A stretch of DNA of 58,528 nucleotides, counting the filler, from Ionaspis alba (Eukaryota): the NCBI GenBank assembly GCA_964255285.1. It is 4 parts of 4 records of this genome, joined end to end, with 100 filler letters (N's around TTAATTAATTAA, not from the genome) between each part and the next. Parts side by side here need not be neighbours in the genome. Positions count along the whole stretch, not along the records: positions 1 to 14,599 come from CAXUUL010000413.1; positions 14,700 to 29,266 come from CAXUUL010000415.1; 2 more parts are not named here. One strand, given 5' to 3'. Positions 11,504 through 21,125 of the stretch are shown here, piece by piece. Every line of letters begins with the position of its first letter. Position 1 is the first letter of the stretch. Below the pieces are notes generated by a model. That model searched no databases, was not told the DNA's origin, and saw only the letters and a program-made list of their open reading frames with translations. Made by a program: the position numbers and the translations under genes.

Positions 11504-13839
11504 ATGACCACTTTTCAATCAGTAAATGTACACCTTGGCAGCAGGGACCATGCGAGCGATGCAACTACACCAACTACCCCTCGGGGTTTTCTCGACCATA
11601 TCCCCCTCCCACCGCCGCCTACTCAGCCCAGGGTAGATTCGACGGCCACGACACCCACAAGAAACAGCTTCTCTGCAGCGGCAAGTGCCAAACGAGGCCT
11701 ACCAGTCTCACCGTTCGCACCCTCGTTCCCTCAACAGCAGCAAACTTCCGGCCCAAGTCCACCAAAGACGCTGACACGTGAAGATTCCAATCGATCTGTG
11801 AAATCGACTGGATCGCAGGATGTGGAGATGGATGAATCCGATGAAGGTGAGGACGGCTCGGATGGGGAGAGTATAGACGGAGAGACTGGGAGACCGTCCA
11901 AGAAGAAGAAGGGCCAGAGGTTCTTTTGCACAGAGTTTCCTCCTTGTAGTCTCAGCTTTACTAGAAGTGAGCATCTTGCTAGGCATATTAGGTTCGTTAA
12001 TAAGAACAGATTTGGGACACTATGCGAAGGCTAATCCTATTATTCAGGAAACATACGGGGGAGAGACCTTTTCAATGCCATTGTGCTCGAAGATTTTCCC
12101 GACTTGATAATCTTCGACAACATGCTCAAACAGTGCATGTGAACGAGGAGATACCTGGAGATTCACTGGCGGCTACTGGGACCAGGTTTCAGAGGCAGAT
12201 TCGAACAGATCGTGTTCGCCCTCCAGGACCAAGATCACGAGCGTCTACAGCAAGCAGTCAGGGTGGTCACAGCAGAGGTCATAGCAGGAATCTATCAGCT
12301 TCAAGTATTAGCTCTACCGCCTCGAACATCAGCAGAGACGATGGTCGACGTCGTCCTCAACCCTTGATGATGGCTCATGATCCATCCAATCGGGCAAGGC
12401 TTACTATCGACACCATGAGGAGTCAAGTATCCACACCTCCGAATTCATACACTTACGCGAACCAAGGGTCGGCAGGTCCGAGCACTCCCACGTCAACCAC
12501 TTACTCCAATGGGCCAGGAAGTCCCTATGGCTCTTCTATAGGATCACCAATGTCCACAGTATCACGAAGTGTGGGGATGTGGAGCGGGCAGCCCTCAGCT
12601 CGTCGGCTGTCAGTACCATCTGGCGCGAATCCTTTTCAGGGTTCTCAGGTCAACATTCACGGTCCTCAATACTTCAGTCCACTATCACCTACCAATGCAT
12701 CCAGCAATTCGAGCAATACTAGTCTTTTTGCTAGTCCAACAAGTTCCACCTATTCATTTTCCAGGCACGAACCACCAAATGCTGCCGAAGCTGACTGGAG
12801 ACGGCGAACATGGCATCCGAGCACTTACTCCAACTATCCACGACCTGCCACGAGTGGTCTGAGCTTCTACAGAACTCCCGACGCTCCTCAACCAGCATTT
12901 GCACCACAAGCTAGCATAGCAGCTGGACAATCTCAACGACTCCCCGGAATCGAGACCTTCGATCAGATCTCGAACCGTCCCAAGACACCACCTCGCACAG
13001 GAACCGGTCCCATGCAGATCGAAAACAGGCCGCCTCTGTACTCAGCAACATCAGAGCGAAGCATCGGTGGACCCATCGACCGACGTGGCCACGCTTCGTG
13101 GGACATGTCCTTGCACACGAATCTGACCAAACTCGATATCGCGAACGGCACACCACCAAAGGACGTAGGAACCTGGGGGAAACAAGTCCTCGCCGAGATC
13201 CAGCATGCAGGATCTGTATCCGCCTTCCGACCGACCTCGCAACAACCGTCTTCGCAGTCCTCATCCTCGGGCCCTTCGCAAGAATCTCAGAAGCGTCCCA
13301 CCGAAGTCGACCACTACCCACAACCACCCCAGCCCCAACCACAACCCCAACCAGCAACGCCCAACAGAAGCAAGCGCAACGGCTGGTACAACGGTCCTCT
13401 CCCAGCATCCCAACAAGTGCACCTCACGCAACGTCCCTCCCCCGAAGACTCCAGCAGCAGCGAAGGCGTCCCCACGCCCTCCGCCTCATCCGCAGAATAC
13501 CACCCCTCGATCGTGCACGCAAATGGCTACATCGAGACTCTGAGCACCGCGCCCAGGCCCACGGCTGCCTACAACCACAACACCACTACCAACAACAACA
13601 ATAACCCTGCGAGCACTTCTTATCATCCCTCCGTGAATCCTGCCCTCCAGGCTTATGCCACGACGACGACGACGCAGCAGAATTACACGTTTGCAGCGAC
13701 GCAGCAAGCGGGGTATCCGCTCCTGACGGAGCAGAGGAGCGCGATGCAGATCCCCAAGAACGCGGATATGAGTGGGCTTGAGGCGCTGGTTGCCGTTGCT
13801 ACTAGTGAGGAGAAGGCGCCGAGAGCTACGCATCGGTGA
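11504..13839 (+). CDS. nsdC: C2H2 zinc-finger transcription factor, NsdC/Usv1-like
   Basis: [54 protein letters not shown] across intron 11992-12047; [17 protein letters not shown] and C-terminal [12 protein letters not shown] motifs. Confidence 0.8.
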
Positions 13840-14599
13840 TGGGGGTTGGGGTGTATTTGCTGTGTTGTAACATGGCAACGACCTTCGAAATTCTAGCGAC
13901 AGAAGGAACAGAACGATTGAGTAATTTTTTTTTTTTCCACTCGAAGACTTGCATTATTTCCCATGCTTTGGCAAATTCGGTACACGAGGTTTTTTTTTTC
14001 TTTTCGACGACGGTGGAGCTATGATATCCTACAGACTGAAACGGCTTCTTTTCTTGATGAATTCTCGACGAGTGTTTATGTTTCATGGTTATGGTTACGG
14101 TTATGCTTATGAGAGCGCGGTAGAGGAGTGAGTGGGTCATGGACGCATATTCGATACCCGTGACGGCTGCTTTTCTTCGTTATCCTTTTCCTTGCAGCGT
14201 TTTTCCTTCGTTCTTGCTTTCTTGGGTCGGGTGGTCATTTAGCGGTGTCTGTCTGTGTTCAGCGAGCTATAGTGAGGATGGGAGGATGGGAGGTGATTGG
14301 GACTTTTGCAGGAGTGGGCTTGCAATGATGTAGCTTACGCTTGATACCATCGTTTTTGTTGCGGACCGTGCGCTTGCTCTCGCTGGAGGTAATGGTGGAG
14401 CTTTGAGTGGCTTTGCGGCGGAGGTAGATAGGGAAATGGAATTATGTGATACCCCTTACGGCTCTGACGTGGTGGTCGTGATGCGCTGATCGCTGGGCTG
14501 ACTAATCCCTTATCTTCATGCTCTTGAAGCTGAGTGATATTGTTGTAGAGAGATTCGACAGTCTTGTGTATTCGTACCCATGCAGCGAGTGGGATCATA

Positions 14600-14699
14600 N
14601 NNNNNNNNNNNNNNNNNNNNNNNNNNNNNNNNNNNNNNNNNNNTTAATTAATTAANNNNNNNNNNNNNNNNNNNNNNNNNNNNNNNNNNNNNNNNNNNN
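14600..14699. other. Artificial scaffold linker (N-TTAATTAATTAA-N)
   Basis: 100-nt spacer containing a stop-in-all-frames 12-mer; same design as at 29267 and 43930. Confidence 0.95.
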
Positions 14700-14957
14700 C
14701 CGTCGAAATGGAAGCTATCGCGCATATGTCCCACAAATTTTGACTCGTACCGCCGAGTTACCCTAGCTGGCTAAATCTATACTGCTCCATATCACTGGTC
14801 ACCCGTGTCTCCGGTCTTCGAGCTCAGCCGCCTCCAGCTTGATCTCGCGGGCGCGTCAATTGCGAGGAGTCGCTCTCCGATCTAAAATAGTACTGTTAGA
14901 CTTTATGCTGAACCGGAGTTCTCGGGTCTAATGTTTTTGCCTTACTCGAAGCGTAAC

Positions 14958-15464
14958 TCATTTCTGGCTGATGCTCGTAGGCTGAGCTTTGGCCGCCTCT
15001 CCGATGGCTGGACTCCGGATGCTGCCGCCACAGTGACGTGGTAAGGGTTCGCTCTAACATCGGTCGGGACACGCTTACGCCTCTTCCTCGACAGACTTCG
15101 CTAGCTCTGTGGCCATCTCCAGCAGATCTTTCCAGATATTGATGAGCTGGTGGCAGTAAGGCTTTGTCAACTTGGTCAATTCTCGGTTATGGAAGTCCTG
15201 GAGACTACGGATCGGAAGGTTCTGCTGGCTTGCGAGCTTGGAATCGGTCTCAGCTAACCATTCAACCGTCTCTGCCCCACACGCTTTGCAAATACGGATC
15301 AATTCTTTGGAATTTTCGGGCAGTAATGCAGGAAACCCAATGAGTGAGCTGCGCACGGTAGGAACGATAGTCTTGACATCCTCTGTCTCTGTGACCATCC
15401 TACATACGTAACTGAAGAGCGCGGTAGGGTCTCCTGCAGATGGCTGGAAATCTTCCATCGGCAT
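14958..15464 (-). CDS. Orphan helical protein, tandem-array copy 1
   Basis: 129-aa first exon ends at GC|GTAAGC; 57-nt phase-2 intron 15022-15078; short exon 2 to TGA ~14958; a second canonical intron at 14882-14945 (GTAAGG..CTAAC..TTTTAG) makes the 3' structure uncertain. Confidence 0.55.
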
Positions 15465-16089
15465 GTCTTCACGCTGTCTTATTGTTTGGGTATTCTTGCC
15501 GAGTCAAGAGAAGCGTTTCGAAGACCTTGAAGTGGAGCGCGATGTTGTTCTTCACACCAAATACTGTATAATGTTAGCATTTGTATGCTAGGTCCGTGAG
15601 TCTCAAGGATCATCATATTACTGCTCTTTGTCCGGAGTGGAAGCAATGGCCGAAGATTGTCTGTAAAGAAGAAACTGTTAATGTTGTAGGGAGTTGTTGT
15701 TTCCCATAGGTATGGAGGCTGCACGAGATAGCAGAATGGGCGTCAGCTAATACTCAACACAATATTATCGTCAACAACTTTCGTGTTCAGAGTGATCTTT
15801 ACGAGTTCTCTGTCAATATCTCACCCTTCTTCCTAAAACTAAGCAGTCACTAACACAAACCACGTGTATATCAGCGAGCGACAATCTTGTCATTTTATGT
15901 AGGGTTAGAGGCCGAACTCTCGGTGTCTGTGGCATCAAAATCTCTTTGCCTCTTACAAATTATGAAATGACTTTCTTACACGTCGGGCACCATACCATGC
16001 AAGCCCTCGTTGGATTGAAAGCGCAGCCTGCAAGAAAGCCGATGACCAACAAAGGAGACCCTTGCAAAGCAGTCAGGTCATCTTGTCCT

Positions 16090-16635
16090 TCCTCATGCAT
16101 TACCTTCCGAATCTGTTTTCGCCCGAGCTGAGAGACTCCTCTGGCTCAATTGACCGATTCCAGCTTGATTTCGGGTTCGAGCTCGGGTGGAAGGCTGTGC
16201 TCATCGCCGGCAAGATGCGTTAGTCGTTAATCACATACTGTTTACCGGCTTTAATCTCCTTCTCTCGCTCTTTGCAAGGGTCATGAACTCTCGATAGTCT
16301 TTTAACTTCTTTGTGCACATGTCTCTCTCCTTCTCCCACTCAGGCACTGAGATCTGCCACCCCGGCGTGTTGGCAGGTAACGGATGCGTGGCCATATTAC
16401 GGATCTGCCCTTCAAGCGTATGTATGGGATCATGGTTGATTTGATAGCTCGTCATGCATAGTCTGATCATCTCTTTGAAAATGTTAATTAGGGTTTTGGG
16501 ATGGCGGGAAAAGGTGTAGCAAACTAAAGCGGCTGGAAAGCGGTACAACACAGCTTTGCGTTCGACATCAGCTCTTGCCACTCTTTAAGGTCCCCTTCTG
16601 TGCTTGACACGGCGATTGTCCGTGGTCAGAGACAT
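16090..16635 (-). pseudogene. Tandem-array copy 2, probably disrupted
   Basis: ATG 16635 followed by in-frame TAA 16585-16587, then a 116-codon open frame; intron 16195-16245 (51 nt, GTAAAC donor, or GTATGT donor at 16238) with GACTAAC branch; 3' end approximate. Confidence 0.45.
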
Positions 16636-17108
16636 AGCGAAGCTAGGGAAAGCGGTGGGAGCTGCGGAACGTCTGGTGAAACGGTTTAGTCTTGCGGCTA
16701 TTGGCTTGCTAAGTGAGATTATATCATCAGTATGAGGCCAGCGCGGGGAGTCTGACATACCTCAAGCTCAGTACAACAGTTCACATTTACATAACCTGGC
16801 CAACTGGTACAATGTGATTCCGATTGATGGACGGGTATTTGGTCGTTGAAGTGGTCTGGCTAGTTTGGTGTTTACATAGTGATGTTAGACGAAGCGATAG
16901 TCGCGTGGAGTAGGGCAAACTATTGAGGGGAGCCTCATGTCATACTTGCTCGAATTTAACAAGAGGCACTACCTGCAATACGTACGCCTCAAGTCTTCCT
17001 TCACTAGCACTGTCACCACGTTGGCTTACGTCTCGAGAATCACCTCAACTTGAGTCTAAGAGTCCTGCTTTCCGGCCTAAGGGAAAGCTTAGCTGCTATA
17101 GGTCACAA

Positions 17109-17723
17109 TCAAAGCCGGGCGACTACCTGAAGTTTAGAGTCCAACTGGCCACCCGCACTGAAATCGCCATTCCCCTCTTCCTCCGGGCTCTGATGCTTGG
17201 TCTCGTCAAGCAGCTCTTCTCCGTGCGTGCTCCCAGCCCTATCAGGCTCTATGAGGAAATGGCCGACGCATTATGAGCGGAGACCTTACCTACAACCCTT
17301 CTCCATCCTGTCTTGCACGTGCTCCATCACGCTGTAGTACCTTGGGACCACCTCTCTCTTCTCCTCAACCCAGAGTGCCAATGCCGCAGCATTTTCCTTG
17401 AGGTCTGTAAAGCCGGCAACTCCAAGGTCATAGTTCTCGGTTGTAATCCTCATAGACTGTTTGTCGTCCTCAAGCTCGTCAAGAATGCTGTGACAGGTTC
17501 GATGGGTTCCTTGAGCTTGTTCATAAGTGTCCGAGAGTTTGGCAGAAATTGCCTCGATGCTCATACGGACTGTGTCCAAGATGGAAGGCTGAACCTTGTA
17601 CAAGAGACCGTGAAGCATCGTCTGGACACAGTTCAGCAAATCGTCAATGGTTGTGATTGTTTCAACCTTGGCTTCACGAAATTGGGTCACAACAGCAAAC
17701 AGCATTTCAGCTCTGTCAGACAT
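17109..17723 (-). CDS. Orphan helical protein, tandem-array copy 3
   Basis: ATG 17723 (MSDRAEML...); 51-nt phase-2 intron 17239-17289 (GTAAGG..TGATAG); exon 2 reads RAGSTHGEELLDE...VARL* in frame. Confidence 0.7.
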
Positions 17724-18213
17724 CGCGGGGTAATAGACGAGTAAGAATTGCAATTGTTATCCTGAGAAGTTTGTGACGTGGGATTTTGCTGTTGTTGAAG
17801 AAGCTAGCAGCTCAAAGTGAGGTGGTAAAGCGTCATAAATCAGCCGAACTTGAGGGTTTGCGGAGCTCAAAGATGGCGACAGTTCTTTGATCCATCGCAC
17901 ACTTAGTGCTGTAGAGTTCCTATAACAAAAAGTCAAAGATGGTGAGGCAGTAGAAAAAGCCTTGATTAAAAGATATTTCCCGCAGACAAGTGGCACAACG
18001 CAAGGTCGTCGATGCTCCCTGAGGCCAACTTGTCAGATAGAATTGACCAAGACATAAGCAGATCTCACAACACACGAGCTTCGAGACGTAGCCTACTTTA
18101 GGTTCATCCCTTCTTCGACGTGATTTCCTCCGTCCTAGCAACAGAAGTATGGCAGGTGTACCTTGATATCCAAAGCCCATCACCCTGATTCTAGGAGTAT
18201 TTCCATCATCAAG

Positions 18214-18243
18214 ACCGCCGTCACACCGCCGTCACACCGCCAC
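18214..18243 (+). repeat. 11-bp tandem repeat (ACCGCCGTCAC, ~2.6 copies)
   Basis: Read directly from sequence; between array copies 3 and 4. Confidence 0.8.
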
Positions 18244-18560
18244 AAGACTTGGAACACCACATTCCAGCAGTCTTCTGACAAAGCATCAGTTTATACGTAT
18301 GCCACATAGGGTTAGTTCAATCAGTATATGCGGAGCCAAACAACGATGGGACAGTTGGGGACGAGGAGGACAACACGGAGGGCAAGAAGAATCAAGCAAT
18401 TGCTGATAAGGTGGGTTCGAGGCTGTACAATCCATGTTCTCCACAAGATTCAACGATCAGACCATGTGATTCTGTTCCTATTCGCAAAGAGTCAATCTAC
18501 ACCTTGGGTTGTAAGTCCCATATCCAGCCGACGAGCAGATGTCCAATCCTAAAAAAATGG

Positions 18561-19322
18561 TCAGCTACTGGAAGCCTCTCGGGATTGATTCATTCCGTAC
18601 GCCAGGATCAAAACCACGATCCAAAAGCTTCGGAGAGATTGTGGCGCCCTTGATGCCGTGACCAAGATCTTTCTATTCGTTCTCTCGACCAATATTTCCC
18701 ATTCCTCCGCCGCCACAACCGTACCCTCCTTGCCCTCGAACCCATGTTTATGGCCTGGCCTGATAACCACCACATCTACCTCTAAAGGCGCAAGTGCTCT
18801 CTGCTTTTCCCCCGTAGTGGAAGCATTGACGGTAGGCTCAGTCAAAGTGTGCCTTTCCCTATCATAGAGCATTAGGTGTGAAGACTCAGACCACGGCGGA
18901 TAAACGCACTGGAGTTTGCATTCCATCACTGCCTCAACTTGTTCAGCTAAAGCCCTGTACTTGATGGCAAGCTTGCGTTGTTTGGCGACCCAGGCGGCCA
19001 AAACGTCGATCTCATGCCTCAGTTTCACCAGAGTTTCGGCCCAAGGGTCCAATTCTTCTAACAACTCATATTTGTAGGTTTGAACTTCTCGAACCGTTAG
19101 ACAGAAGTCCTTGACGAATCGAACTCTTCGGTCAACTCGTTCCAATGAACTCTCAATACAGGCCGTAAGCCTATCGACCAATAAAGATACCCATATGTGC
19201 CGCTCTGCGGAGTGTTCGCGATGTCTAGCGTTAACAGGAGGTAAGAGTTCTATCAACTTGGTTTCGAGATTGGCTTGTTGCTCCTTCACATCGTCCAGGA
19301 ATCGTAGGTAGTGATCGGCCAT
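18561..19322 (-). CDS. Orphan helical protein, tandem-array copy 4, with KOW-like segment and hydrophobic tail
   Basis: 253-codon ORF containing an in-frame 51-nt phase-2 intron 18859-18909 (GTGCGT..CTAAT..TGATAG); WVAKQRKLAIKY aligns with copy 3 WVEEKREVVPRY. Confidence 0.75.
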   Translation of the reverse strand: MADHYLRFLDDVKEQQANLETKLIELLPPVNARHREHSAERHIWVSLLVDRLTACIESSLERVDRRVRFVKDFCLTVREVQTYKYELLEELDPWAETLVKLRHEIDVLAAWVAKQRKLAIKYRALAEQVEAVMECKLQCVYPPWSESSHLMLYDRERHTLTEPTVNASTTGEKQRALAPLEVDVVVIRPGHKHGFEGKEGTVVAAEEWEILVERTNRKILVTASRAPQSLRSFWIVVLILAYGMNQSREASSS

Positions 19323-19843
19323 TGGGGAAGTCGTTGTTATACAAAGAATAGAACAGCGTAACGGGTGATTCCATTTAGATGAAGGCTTTCAAACCGGTGT
19401 CTGTGAAGGTCAAGATCCAGACCGAGTAGAACCACGAGTCAGTTACTCAACACAACTACTAGAAGTAGAACCCTAAGCTCATTTTCAGTAATGCACCTAT
19501 ATGCATTGTGCTAATTATTTCGTCAGCCTAAGCATTTCGATCTTAGCTACTGTCTGTGAAAGGCGACATTGAGCTTTTGAATGTGACCATAACATACTCA
19601 TGATATGTCAGGTGGTGGCATAACACAACGAGAATGATCTCAAACCTGCAAGCACCTACGCAATGAAAATTCTCATATTCTACGCTAGAAAAGATCGCAA
19701 ACCATCCTCGATGACACAGCTTTGGAGTCTATTGCGTTTTTCATGCCGCCTTCAGAAGCACCCATCTACAATCCGACTGTATTGAACATCCAACCAAGAA
19801 GCCTGTGTCCTATCCTAGAGCGAGGTTAACTGCCATAATACTA

Positions 19844-20553
19844 TTAGATTGCATCGGCATCGTACCTCAAGACCAACACGACAGCCAAAAACCGAGTCCA
19901 GAATAATCTAGGTCTTTTAGACTTAATCACGATCCCACGATAGGGGAATTTGACCCTCTCATGTCCCTTCATTATTGTCGCTATATCATCTCGCTCCTTC
20001 GATTGCAACAGAGCCTGCTTCTTTTTTGTAGCACGCTTCTTGACCAAAGGTTCTGTCGAAGTGATCCCGATCCTAAAAACCTTTGTCAGAATTCGAAGCA
20101 CGGCAGGAACTAGAGTAGCATGCGTTGGAATTTGATTATTAGCCTCGAAACGTTTGATCAGCTTCTCGTAGTTGCGAATAAGATCCCTCTTCTCCTTGGA
20201 GAATTCCATCCATCTTTCGAGCTTGTTGATCAAATCTTAGATGGCGTCTTTCTCAGCCTTAACTTCTCTGAGCGGGACGGCGTGGATAATGTATGTTCAG
20301 TCAAGAAGAAGCATTCGTTAGTGAACGACCTGCGTCATGTTATCATATTCATCCAATTCGGCCACGACACGACGTAGAGCGACTGTCGACTTGTAAGGTG
20401 CATTCTGTCCTTCGTGATTGAGACTTTCCGAGCGAAGGAGGCAAAGATGAAGACTATGACTATGATATGGAGCCATCCTTCGAACTCAGACTTTAGGTTT
20501 GGATACGGCTGCTGAACGTCGTGAGCCATCGTAGCTAGGTTTGCTGGTGGCAT
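19844..20553 (-). pseudogene. Tandem-array copy 5, paralog of copy 4, disrupted
   Basis: Frameshift at ~20390-20490; in-frame stops at 20318-20320 (TAA), 20297-20299 (TGA) and 20237-20239 (TAA); 51-nt phase-2 intron 20073-20123 with GC donor (GCATGC..CTGAC..TTTTAG); C-terminal exon aligns with copy 4. Confidence 0.6.
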
Positions 20554-21125
20554 TTCGACTCTGATGGGAATCAACGACGAGAAGAGCGAGTGGAGTTTGT
20601 GAAGATGTGAATTGAACGTGGAGTTGAGTTTCCTTGAAGGTAAACACTGTACGAAAAGAGCGCGCGTATAGACAATCGCATCAACACCACAATATTACCA
20701 ATCATCATTGGACCAAGATCGAGCACTCGTAGTCGCACGATCCAGGACAGTCAGTAGTTGAGTAGTTCAACACTTGAATTCTGATGCCGTCCTCCCTCGC
20801 GTCGATATCGAGATGTCATTCCCAACGTGAGATTCTCCAAGGCGAACCCGAGCATCATGAGCAAATCAATACAGCCAACGCAGAGTGACCAGATAAAATG
20901 AGATTAAGCCTCAAACCTGCAAGCGCCTAGAAAACCGGAAAGCCTCACCCTCGACACCTCAAGCACCATCACAAGCCATTCGCAACATCACAGTATCCAC
21001 GCTTGTAGTGGTACATTCCACATCACAGTCTCGAGCCCCGAAATCAGTAAGTCATAAGCACCGAGTATCCACCAGTGGCATTGTGCACAATCATCACCCC
21101 ATTCCTTCAATTCTGTACTCATTCC

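Noticed and set aside
14335..14598. 87-aa minus-strand ORF next to the first linker
   Set aside because: No recognisable motifs, truncated by the scaffold end, and strand unclear.
20237..20320. Stops in array copy 5 as A-to-I editing sites or as part of an intron
   Set aside because: They are TAA/TGA rather than the usual edited TAG and come with a frameshift. The only intron option (GTCGTT..CAG, 62 nt) has a poor donor and leads straight to another stop.
14700..20930. Array region as a transposon or CRISPR-like locus
   Set aside because: No terminal repeats, RT, integrase or transposase motifs, and no regular repeat-spacer units.
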